DNA from: Ophelia neglecta
Lineage: Eukaryota
Assembly (NCBI GenBank): GCA_965285935.1
Contig: OZ260664.1
Span: forward strand, 71,920,001-71,984,000
Direction: 5' to 3'
Length of the DNA: 64,000 nt
Shown here: positions 36,246 to 48,700 of the stretch, in pieces
Position numbering within the stretch: the first letter of the stretch is position 1
Layout: every line of letters starts with the position of its first letter
Notes under the pieces: model-generated
Seen by the model: the letters and a program-made list of their open reading frames with translations, nothing else
Database searches by the model: none
What the model was told of the DNA's origin: nothing
Made by a program: the position numbers and the translations under genes

Positions 36246-39200
36246 ATGCGAGTTGGATGCCCTGCAAAACCCAAAATATTGTTAACTGGATTCTTTAGCC
36301 TACGTTTCTTGCTGCACATACATAAAACTAAGGCATTCAGTAATAGATTGATGTTCACTAACTGTTTTTTGTACATTTACAGCTACTTTATTTATAAATT
36401 GGATTATTTATAGTAATATTAAAGTGGTAGTTCTAATTAAGTGTACCAGCTTATTGGGTACAACCAACCATCAGGGAACAGTTGCCTGGATAAGCAATTA
36501 AATTTTAAGAGAGCATAGAATTGCCAAAATTAGATGCACACCACATATTATGTACTGGGTGACATTGTCACTTTTGGGTAAAAAAAAACAAAGAAAGAAG
36601 CTCCTTGAAAGTTTGGTATCAAGATGTGTACAAAATAAAGAAAAAAGTTGTGGCAACAATTTGGTGTTGTAGATGCAGTACTTCTATAAGATTTGTTTCT
36701 TTTTTGACAGTCTGCATTGTATACATAGTGTCACAGCATTTGACGAAATGTAACATGCTCATTATATAATCAAATCATTCCCCTTGTCGGACAAATAGAA
36801 TGTAGATCACCTCAGCTCACATTCCTGAACTGATGGTAAACCAACTCTCCTTGTCAGGTTTTTGGTCTTGGCACAAGGCAGAATAAAACATAATTACAAA
36901 TTCTGCACACATCCTATTATTATAAAACCTGATAACTTTAATGTCGTAGAAACCCCTGGTGTGTACAATTAGATCAGTCAATGCCGCTCTATTTTAATAC
37001 AAGTAACAGTTCATGGTGGGTATCTGAATAATGTATATGATTACTTCATATAAAACTGATATGAAAAGAAGTCAAGAACCACTTGGTACTAAGACCAATA
37101 CAAACACACACACAAGGATTACTTGTTCAGTACAGTTTTTACAGTCAACAGACGTTTTCTGAACTCTCGTGTAATGTTACTACGAGGCATTGTGTGTTTT
37201 TGATTTATTAGTTAAAATTCTTTATGCTTTTAATAGTAATGTTTAAAGCCACCTACAGGATAAATTTAGGTGTGTTTCATGTACCAAGCATCCAACATTG
37301 CTGAGTGTCAATGCTATCTGAATGTTTGTTTCAGAGAATGAAAAACTGTTTTATTCATTACTTGCAGTGGCTAAGGAGTTTTGTTCTTATTAGATGTCGT
37401 CTACATTTATAAGAGCAACACCTGAAGCCATCCCCTCGTTTGTCTGTCAACCACACTTAAACCTGCATTATGTCAGAGATTATCATTTTCCCTTCTGAAA
37501 TATGCCAGTATAAATACTATTACCTTATCCAAAGTCCCCCCTGGCTGAAAAAAAACAATATCTGGAGACTATCCTAGGGGTATAAAGACGTTATTGGGCG
37601 GCGTAGATACTTGGGATAGGAATTGTGGACCACAAGGTGACAAGGAAACTGCTGAGGAGGGGGTATGTGGTAAAAGTGTGCCTGAAATTTATGAGGATAA
37701 GTTATTGAGCTGACGTTGAATGTTCTTTGCCTCTCTAGTATGATATAAGGGGTCAGTTTTGGTCCGGGGCAGGATGGTTTTATGTGGTACCATTAATGAA
37801 CTGCATGAAGGCTGAGGTGCTAGGCAAGTGTCTATAAAGGCAGATTCTTCTTAACCACAATGTATAATGTGCACACCTTATTTGAGATGATAGTAGAAAA
37901 ACTATATATATATATTGAATATATTTTGAAATATATTATCTCCATATAGAAATTGTCCTTATTAATTGATACAGTTTATACATGAATGTATTTAAGTAAA
38001 CTAGGAAAGTATTGCTTAATTAGACATTAGTACTAGCATTTATTATTACAACAAAAACTTCTCTGCCAGTGAAACATGCTAATAGTCTATGTATAAAGTC
38101 AAACTTAGTAGTACACTACTAATAAATACCCCAGTCTAATTTCTAATTATTTTGATCATATTCACAGAGGTGCCTTCCCACATACATATATGAATGCACT
38201 CCTCAGCATCAGTGATATTTTCATTATTTAGGCAGTAGGATATTTATTTGTTGGTTTACAACATTTCATCATTTTACTTCGGGAAATAAGCACTAAAAAT
38301 AATGGGAAAAACTCAATTATTTGTTTAATATTGTTGATAATATAGTATACTTGTCTTTCAATAATGTTTTGCTACACCTACCAAGAAGTGGGTATGGTCA
38401 GAGAAGTTCTAATCATCATCCCAAGAGTGTCTTCTAACATGTAAACATCATCCTGTCACAAAAATAATTTTTGTATCATACTTCATTTACATATTGCTTG
38501 AAACTATCAAGAAATATTTTGTAAAATAACGTATTTATTTATTTTTATCTTTATTTATCCTGTCTTATTGCGGTTTGGGGAAATATTCTTGTAAACCAAC
38601 AAATAGAAATTGTATGGCCTTACCTGCTATTTCTCATTGGCAGTCTGTAAGGTATTGGAATTTATATTCAAACTACTGAATTGATATGCTGGTCTTTACC
38701 CTTGGGGCTCTTTAAGAATTGTATCTACTAGTGCAGAGATTTTGCACTGGTATTGCCATAGTTTTTGCTTTTTATTTATTCAATGGATATCTGAAATGCG
38801 TTGGAGATCACTGGTTACTAGTTAGAGCCCGGACGTGGTTATGAACTACATCACTGAACATTGGTCTACAGTTTTACCTGCATCCACAGTCATTTGTGAG
38901 TGTAGTGTTGATTGAATACCAAAACCAGACTATTTTCTGGTTTACTGACACTTAACATAAACACCTGTAATGTATGACTTGATCATTGGTTCAGGATACC
39001 TGATCACTTGGCCTCCACTTTCACTACATTGACCCGAGAATCTTTCCATAAATATTGCTGATAAATTGCCCACCAGATAATGCAATTTTAAACTATTCCA
39101 TTGTAATAGATTGTAAACAGAACACACTCTCTTAACTACTCATTTTGACAAAATAGAATCAAAAAGTCTTCTCAGATTTCTGAATAACCAGTCAACTTGT

Positions 39201-41419
39201 CTGTAACTTGTTTAAATTATTCAACATATATAATTTCAAGGATGGACACTCAGCACTGATCAGTAGTATTCAGTTTAATGACAGGCAGTTTCCTCAGAAT
39301 CTCTGATAAAATCATAGCTGTTCTCATGTTGCCAAGTATCATTTACATGAATAAGCATCATATGCAAGATTTGATGGATGCAGCAACATATTTTTTCTAT
39401 AGGGACCCATTTGGCAATAATGTAGTGAATGAAGCCAAACAGGAGAGCTTTCATCACCAGTCAGAAGGGGAGTGCCAGTAAATGCAATGGCTGGAAAGAA
39501 ATGTGAAATTTGTGTTCCCAGAGAGGCCTGGCTGTTAACCCTTTGGGCCCAGCCCAGCTTTAAGTGACAGAGCTGATGTCTTGGTATTGACCCTTTGATC
39601 GCAGGTTTAAGTAAACGGACTATAGAGTGTGATTCTGTCATTTATTTGATTATTTGGTGGTCAGTTAAGGATTGACAATCTGGAAAAGTCCTATTTCTAC
39701 TCATCCAATGAAATATTCAGTCATGATATTCAGTGAATGTGTCTTGGAGATGCAACTCTGAAAATTACAATTGTTAGGGACTGTTTAATATGGGTGGACA
39801 CAGATGGTTCCAAACGTTTTTTGAAATCTGGTTTGTGCACACATTTGTATAGAAATTTCCCATTGTTCTGTAGGCATTCAACATTAGATTAATCTTAAAA
39901 TGTCCACAGTTTCATTATTTTTTCACATCAAACCACTTCTTATGAAAGCATTACTATTCATGTGGTCAGGTTCAAGGTATTTGCTTTTTAAAAACTTGCT
40001 CTTTTATTCATTATTTTTCAACATTCTTCATACAAATCATTGAAATATCGTAACTGTGCACTATGTTAGTCAACTGTGGCCACAAATGATTTATTAAAAC
40101 ATTCATCCAAGATGGCCATTTTCTCATTCAAGAGCCATTTCCACACCCCAAGGGCATCATTAATTATGCCAAAAAACACTACCACTGAGTTTGGTCCGTT
40201 ATGTGTCCATTCAAATTTGTTTGAATTAAACCTTGATCCAACTATGGTAATGTGGTGGCCTGTATTATGTTGTTAAGTCAACCATGAAACCCTTCAAAAG
40301 GCAGGGTGGGGAGCAGTGTGCTGTTGTCTCCATCCCTCTGTGGGGTAAACTTCAGTTAGGTGTGATTATTAAAATTAGAGGTGATTACATTAAAAAATGT
40401 AATTGGATCAAATTACCTTGTTAACATTGTTTGTCACAATACAAGATAAGTCTACAGACCCTGTTTGTGATTATTGTCCTGTCCTGATCTAATGATAGGG
40501 TATAGCTGTTACACAAATCTAACAGACAAGACACCTGGTGAGGGTTGTTTTAACGGATAAAAGTGTAAATTGCTCTTGCCTTTGATCAGTCTATCTGTAG
40601 TGTTTTCAATTGACTGTGTGGTTGGTGTAGCATGGGGGTCAACAGAAATGTTTGGGAAGTGGGAGGGATGAGTCTATCTCCAATATCTGACTGGCTGTAA
40701 TTAATTAGCACAGTAATTGTTTCTTTTGCATCCAACTTTATTCAGTTCTGAAGTGGGGTTAATTTGTGTGAAGGGATTCCAGAAGTCTGGTATTAGTAAT
40801 GATGAAACGGTTGAGATCCGGAGCCACCTGGTGGCACTGATCTGGCCCGTTACAAAGCCTGTTATAAAATCTCCTTGTAAACAAGCATCCATTTTTTTTC
40901 AATTTCTAGCTTTTGTTGGGCCTTGCTCCACTCCTATACCACAGTCATTTCCATGAAGATATTTAAAAACTTTTACAAGTTTATATTGCAAAAATTCCCT
41001 TGTTCTTACAGATTTTTTCATTTGAAAGGAAAATATTTGGAGTGTCATAACATATGGCAAATTCAAAGTAAATTGAGGAGAGACTCTATGAAAAAAAGAA
41101 CTACTCCCAAGTTCCTACCCACATTGTTGTCAAAATTGTGGATGACTTTGAGGGTTATGGGTATTTTCTTCCCTCTTGATATGATGAGTGCTTTCTCAAA
41201 TTGAAAACCAGAAAATGCCACTTATCTCTTCTAAACAATCAAAAAATGTAATTTACTGGGACATTGAACTTATAGTGTTTTATGAATGGGTACGTGTCAA
41301 TGGAGTAAATGGGTTTACATCTGTAAATAACACATCAAGTGACTCCTCTTTATATTGTGACTCCTTCATCGATTGGTTTCCTAGGAGTAGTACTTCTGGT
41401 GTGTAATATCTGATAACTG

Positions 41420-41592
41420 ATACCTCGATCCTATGTGTACTCTCTTACAAGTAATACCTCCTTTGTGCACTCTCTTTCAAGTAATATCTCCTATATGTAC
41501 TCTATTACAAGTAATGCCTCCTATGTGTACTCCCTGTCAAGAAATACCTCCTTTGTGTACTCTACAACAAGTAATAACTCCGCCGTGCACTA
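41420..41592. repeat. Minisatellite, 30-bp unit x~5.5
   Basis: CCT(A/T)TGTG(T/C)ACTCnnnnnCAAGTAATACCT repeated head to tail. Confidence 0.9.
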
Positions 41593-43599
41593 TCTGACAT
41601 GTACTGTGTGGTTCTCCAGCCTAGGACATAAGGCCTTCAGTCATAGGCATCAGGACATGGGTACAAGTTACTGTGCCGGTGTACCACAGCTAACGTCAGG
41701 TTCAAGCATGGGGTAACCAATATTATGCAAATCTTATTGAGATTTTGGAAGAGCTTGTTTCTGATCACAATCATGAATGTGTACTAACATATGACAATTA
41801 CAGCTCTTGGTATTTTGTTATTTGAGATCAGCTCTGCCTGGCCAGCATCCCCGAATTAAACCTCTCCACATTGTAAATGCATTTTTTCCAACCGCTACAC
41901 TACTACCTGGTTTCACCAGCTTGTTAAGTAGGAGCATGTCAAAGTAGTATCCATGCTGCATCATTTACAAATGATGCAATGTAAAGTAGTACAGACTTGA
42001 GCTGATCCTAAACGGTAACATGCAAAAGACTTCAGTAAGTAGTTTTCTGACATGGTGATTGATTGGTAAGGAGAGAGGAGTTTTGTTTCCTTTGTGTTTT
42101 CATTCTTATAAAAACCAAGAGAAATAAATAGCAAATTATAGTGTGTTGCAAACTCCCATTTTGTTTTTTGTTTGTGCAAATGAGATTACATCTGCAGTCC
42201 TTTACCACAATTGGCTATGGACTCATGGTTGACTGATATTTCTGATGTTGATCAGTCTGCACGGAATGGCTCTCTGCTTGATATTGCATTCTTTGTGGTG
42301 AATGCCATGTGATCAGTGGTCATTAGAGGCCTGTATGGTACCTGACCATTCACCACTCCTTGACCATTAATAGCTCTCCACCTGGATCTTTGGATGGGGC
42401 CATTGAAGCATTGCCTATAACAATATTCCTTATTCTATTTGTTGTATTGAGGGCAGTTTTCCCTAAATGCCATATTCTGTAGCATTGTCCAAGGTATTAT
42501 TGTTGTCGAATGTTAATAAGTAGCCTCACCTTCTTGATAATTCTATCATTGAATCTCATTTTATTGGCACTTCCTTTTATGAGTGTAGTGCTACCGTAGT
42601 TCTATGGGTTACTTTTGAAGTTATTGTGGATTCAGCATGTCACATGGAGGCACCTTCAGACCAGACGTTACACCTTAAAAGGCTTTTCAGACATGGGAAC
42701 AAAGCAAAAATATTTGCACATGCCATAAATTGTATGTTAAACTGAGCAAGTCATGATAATTGTTCTTGTCAAAAGTTCTCCAGAAATGTGGCAAATGTGT
42801 ACCTGTTAATATTAATCTGTAGCCAGGTTCTATTTGAATATTCCGATATTTCATTTATCCGGACTGAGAGCTTACAAATACTAAAAGTGACTTGTGTAAT
42901 ATAGTAAAAGTCACCTTGAAATGCAAACTTCTTTGTTTGCCTAGCTTCAATAATATAGTTACATTGATATTGTAAAGGATGTGTGCACACTTTCTATTCT
43001 GAAAGCATTTCGGAAACTACTTTTATGGTTAACAATTAACATCTGGGCCTTGCCATCCACAGAAGAATAATTTGTGCATTAATGTTTCAGGTAGCTATCA
43101 TAAAATTGAATCAAATAATTTTGAGAAAGGGAGGCATTTGTTTGACAAGAAGTTGACAAAGAGAAAGCTGTAATCAGAGATAAGTGAGGGCAGGCTGTCT
43201 TTCCATTGATGGCTAAGGGTGTGTTTTTTGTATTCTCAGTATTAAAAGGAGTTGTCAACAGGGCTGGGGGAGACAGTGGGGGGGGGGGGATCCGTGTAAG
43301 CCTTTTGATGTTTTATATAGGTGTGTTACAAAGTAAATACTTTTGTACTGGTTAGATTGACTTGGTCTTAGTTTTTGCAGGATTTCCAATCTTTGTATAG
43401 TGACTTAATATGTATTGAGAAAACATCCTGTTATAATGTAAATGAAGGTTATAAAATCAAAGAATGGCTGGAACTTCAGGAAGTACTTGGCCTTTTCATG
43501 TAGTTTGTACACAATGCTGACAGGGTTGGTTTCAGTGAAGGGCAGGTGCATGGTTATTGATTGTATCCCCCCTCCCTCATACTACACACTTCTTACACA

Positions 43600-43969
43600 C
43601 CTGACAGTCGCGGGACCTTGTCACAGCGCACCAGCCCAATAGGTGTGCGGGGGACGCCATTTATGTCCTCAGTCTATGGACAGTTTTAGACTAACACAGT
43701 ACTACCAATAAACCATCATGTTTACGCTCGCTTGGCTACACTCGTATCAAATCATGGCGTCTACTTCATGCCAATCTTCGTAGCTTTGTGTGTGATAAGA
43801 GAGGGTGACGCAGCCATCATCAAAACTTCATATATCTACGGAAACTGACAAGAGTTTCCCACTGGAAGGCGGGTTTCTCCATTTGGTCTCTGGCCAAGAC
43901 TTTCCAGTCTTCTGGGATGATGGACAACCATTAGCAAGACACTAGGTATCCAGCGGTCTTACAACTAAG
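43600..43969 (+). promoter_or_regulatory. Internal promoter and non-coding first exon
   Basis: CpG-retaining patch in depleted DNA; CCAAT at 43636 and 43706; YY1-like CGCCATTT (43655) and ATCATGGCG (~43751); strong donor AAG|GTGAGT at 43969/43970; no ATG-initiated frame reaches the donor. Confidence 0.55.
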
Positions 43970-44982
43970 GTGAGTCAACTTTCTGAAATATTACTTGTCA
44001 AGGTGGCAATGCGATATTCTATTGGGATGTTAAAGGTGTTGCTGGTTCATTAAGCCATGGGCTGTGACACTCCTAGATTCACTTACGGTATATAATATGT
44101 TTACATCTTCACTTAGAGTAGGCCTCTATAGGATATGATAAGTGTGATACATATATGTATAAGACTGTGTCTGTGATTAATATTCAAGTTGCTCTGAGCA
44201 TTTCTCATGAAAAACTGTGAGGATGTATGATACAGGAGAGTAGTGTATGATGTGTATGTAATTGTTTGTTTGTGCTCACTTTGACCTGGGACTTTTCTGA
44301 CAAGTCCAGCTTTCACCTCACACAACTGTTACATCAAGGTGTCAGTCTCTCAGGTGCTCCTGGCTTTCAATTTGCCATCACAGTCTGTGATTTCAGCCAC
44401 TTATTGTACATTTCTTGCCATATGGCAGCCAGAAAGCTGGCCTACAATCATCATTGGAACTTCTCAGCTTTAATAAATGTGTATTTGTGTGTATACCATT
44501 TGTATGTACAGTCCATACAAGCCTCTGACAAAGGCAGTTTAATACCCAAGTCTAAGGATAGCCATTTCTGGCATGGCTGCCTAGTGTATTGATATGATAA
44601 CTTGAATGTTTTCTCATGGATTATTTTGTCAGCATTCAGTGATGTGTTATTTCCAGGAGATATAAAGTGATCCTAGCAGTGATATTTAAGCCCTTATACC
44701 CTAAAGCTTGTGGCCACATATTCTGATTATTCATCACCCTCCTTCAGAGGTGTTCAGCTAGAAGGCATCTCCCATATTAAAGAGGTTGACATTTTCTGAG
44801 AAGGATTTTTCTTCGAGAATCTTCAAAGCTATACCCTTAAGTTGGGTCTGACGAGAAGTGGGAGATAGATACTTCCAAGATAGGATTAAATTGTCATTAT
44901 TTGCGAAATTTTATTCAGTTGATTTTCACCCAAAGTGGATAAATAAATGGTCCCATAGGATGCAGCATAAAGAACATCTATT

Positions 44983-45076
44983 ATGGCAGAATACCTGGAG
45001 GACTTGGCATATTTGGATAGTATATTTGAGAGTTCAGCTACACTCACAGAGGAGTCAGATGCTATCAGCCATGCGG
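44983..45076 (+). CDS. Alternative first coding exon B (31 aa) of the large plus-strand gene
   Basis: ATTATGG start with in-frame TAA at 44968; MAEYLEDLAYLDSIFESSATLTEESDAISHA then G|GTAAGT (phase 1); candidate acceptor ttttattcag at 44918. Confidence 0.6.
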
Positions 45077-48000
45077 GTAAGTCGGCCACAAAAATCACCC
45101 ACCTTTACCTGTTCCCTACAACTCCTCTTACAAAATGGCGTATCATAATTTCCCAGACAAAAACTGACTTCAGAAACAGTGCAAACATATCACCATATTT
45201 TCACACTGGTAGTTTTTATAAGGTTTTTTTTGCTGTCATGTGCTGTGAAGTGTCATTTTTTAAGCATATATTATCTTGGTTTTTGTTCATACATCAACTT
45301 AAGTTGTGCAACCTTAAACTCTTACCATTCAAAATAATAGAATAGACTCAAATTATATGTGTATAGAGAGTTAGACTTCCCATGCTGTCCTACATACACA
45401 TGATACAAGAGACAGTAATTTAAAGGTATAATTATCAACGGTATAATGAACAGGGATGTGCTGTGTTTATACTTAAAGTGAACTTGTTCTCCCATTTGTT
45501 TCACTTTTTGTTCTTTATGTTATGAATGGTAGTTTATGGAATTCTGCTTGAGACTTGTATCAGGTACATTTTTTTCTGTATGTGTCCAGTCATAGATTTT
45601 AACTTAGGCTGACATCCGGGACTAGTATGGTTTTCTGTGTAGGGACACACCATGCTGAGGTGTTATAGACTTTCTCCTTATGGGTAATAAGCTTTATTTG
45701 TATGTATTTCATTTCCCAATAAAGCACCGGGTGTTTTCTCAATGTTAGTGGCAGGGTCCTTCTTAATAAGCCCTCTAATAATTGATGAGTTTAACCTTTG
45801 CCCAGGTAGATGGTAATAGATCACACATCAAAGGATGCTCTTTTCTTACTAGCTGGCCCATGTCCCATACCCTTGCCTTTAAATGATTTGTCAGACCTTA
45901 AATTCTCGAATAGGTGCCCTTTGTAAATAACCATTATTTCTAAGATTGTGGGCCTATCAGCAATGCTTTTTTCGGCCTTTTGTGAGCTCAATACATGTTA
46001 CTCTGCTGCTTACAAGATAACTTGTCTCATTAATATTCATAGCATCATCCAGACTTTACCTTAAAGAGCAAAGTGTGCAGTAGGATTGAAATAAGGTTTC
46101 CTTCGGTGATACGGACTGTGCAGATGCACAGAGAATCGAAGCATGACCCGAGAAAAATGTGTAATTCAATTTTACCCTCTGATCTATTTCACCTGTCAGA
46201 GGTAATTTTATTTAAAGAAAGGTAAATGCTTTTTGTGCAGAATTTTCTGTAGTTGGTGAATAAACCTCAGCCCTCTGTGCTTACAATACAATGTCACATT
46301 TGAAACATTCATTGTACAGAAATAGCACCTTGTTCAAAAAAGGCAAACAAAAAAACAAAGAGCACATTGTGAATTTTTTCAAGGGGAATAATTACCCAAA
46401 CAAATTCCAATTCCACCATTGTAACCCAATGAATTGGATAAATCTTTTCATAAAACTATTTTATTCTGCAGTTCAGCTGTGCAGTACCTCATTTTTTCAT
46501 GCTTATATTCTCCTAATGGTTGTCAGTTATCAACCATGCTAAGAAATTACTAATACTCCTCTTTGCCACACTCTAGCCGCAGGCAATGCAATGCAAATGG
46601 GGCAAGGCCTGCATCTTAATGTTGCTGGGTGGCCATTCGACAGGCCACCGGCCATATTAAATGGTGACAAATGGCTGCAGCAGTCATATTTTAAACAGGA
46701 AAATGATCAGTAAATGTACACAAATGAATGCACTGACAAAAAGCAAGATAATTAATATCTGATTCACAATCTGGTGCAAAAACCACCTTACATATTTGGC
46801 ATAATTGTCAGGGACAGTTATAATCTAGTTGTTATGAAAATCAAGGTAATTGGGTATGCTTGTAGGCAAAATATACTGACGTAAAATGATGATTATTAAC
46901 TGTAGATTGAAATATGTCCTGAGATGAAAAAAGCAACTTTTGTTGGTGTGTAGTTCAAGTGGATAGGTGTGGTGTGTGTAATTGTGCTCTGTATGTAGGA
47001 CTTCAGGAGATATATATATAGACTTGTCTTAAATAGTACTGGCTTTCTTCAAGTAGCAGGTTTTCAGCCCTGCAGAAAATCATTCTGGTGGAGGTATACC
47101 CAGTGTGTATGTCATATATGTGACTCATCAGGAATTCTAAAAAAATCTCCACTTAGGTTTTTTTTGTTTTGGAATGTTGGAAAATAATTTTGCTATTTCT
47201 TAAGTAACTGAAATATAATTAAGGGGTTTTTATATTATTAATTATGATTTAGACTTAAGAGTCTGTGAGGCTGGTTGTGTAGTCCTGGCTGCTGTGTTCA
47301 ATGGACGGTGGGGTGAATGTTAATAAATCATAACTATAGAATCTACAATGATCATTTTTCACAAAGGTGGAACGGGTTTAACATACCCTCAAGTGATACA
47401 CACCGATAAGGGATGACAAAACATCACCTCATTTGATAATTGCACTAAATCCTTGTTTGAAGCCTTGTGTATAATGTTTATTCGTGCTTGGAAAATGTTT
47501 TAATTTATTAATGATTAGATAATTTTAAGAAAATGTTATTTTTTAAATGTATCCATCACTGTTGGGAATAAAAAATTATTTCATAAAATGGATCCATTCC
47601 AATTGAAATACATTTGTACTGTGTTAATATCTAGAATAAAGTAGCTTATTTACAATGACTGATATTTTAGCCTGCATTTGTACTGTCAGTTAGATTGAAC
47701 GTATGTATTTGTTTGGTTTCCGCCTGTACCTAAAAGCTAATGTACCCCCTCATTTATTTTTGTATTTATATTTTAGTCTGATAGCTTTCACTAGAGTTTA
47801 TATTTCAGCTCTGTATATATGAACCTTTAAAATATGTACTTATAAACTACGTGACTTTGACAATGATGGCCTGCCCCAGGTCACTACTGTGTTGACCTCC
47901 CCAAACAATGATTTCTTAGAACAAAGTTTTCCCTTCAATTCCTCTGTCCACTATCTATTGGCCAGATTGACAGACAGTCATTGTACATCTATTTAATGAC

Positions 48001-48653
48001 ACATCATACCAGAATATGTACAACATTGTACATGTAAATGTAAATATATGTGTATGTAGTATGTACATGTACATGTACCTCTGCTGAATACAAGCTGGTA
48101 TACCAAAACCAACAAATCGGTACATAAACTAGATATATTTGAGCTTTAATTGATCTTCAACATTTTGATTGATAGTGCCCTGTTATCACTAGCTATTTTG
48201 ATATAAGGCAGAGCCATTTAGCCTCTGCTATGATTTATACATCCTCTCACGCTCTCACTAATACCTAGTATTGTAGGTACTCTATAAGATTTTTAGTAGT
48301 CTTTAAGCTGTCCATGTTTACCTTAGCCTGGTTTGATTATTTCACGGTGACACCTGAACGACATTGCCAGTCAATGCACCACTAGGAGAAGTTTATGTTA
48401 CACACTTAGCTAGGGGTTTGTAAATATCTCTATGAATTACTAACTAATTTATCGATCGTCACTCTTCAATGATTGGCTATTGAGCAGGGGCAATTAAAAT
48501 AAATTCGCCATACCATAGTTTAGGGCTTGTAGGCAATGCTTGTAGCGAGGTGTCAGGAGAGGTGTTAGGATATCAGAAGCGGTCTTGTGAACACAAAGAA
48601 ACATGTAGTAAATATCTTTTGAATCTGTAAGGTTGCTGTTTTTAGTCTAGCTT

Positions 48654-48700
48654 GATTATATTAGATTAGATTAAATTATGTTAGATTATATTAGATTGAG
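48654..48700. repeat. Degenerate (TTAGA)n microsatellite
   Basis: TTAGATTAGATTAAATTATGTTAGATTATATTAGATTGAG. Confidence 0.7.

Noticed and set aside
39278-39481. ORF ...MQDLMDAATYFFYRDPFG... as another first exon
   Set aside because: Only a weak phase-2 donor (CA|GTAAAT), no CpG patch, no recognisable homology.
36161-41592. 17-bp and 30-bp arrays as CRISPR-like repeats
   Set aside because: Head-to-tail units with no unique spacers, no cas genes, eukaryotic context.
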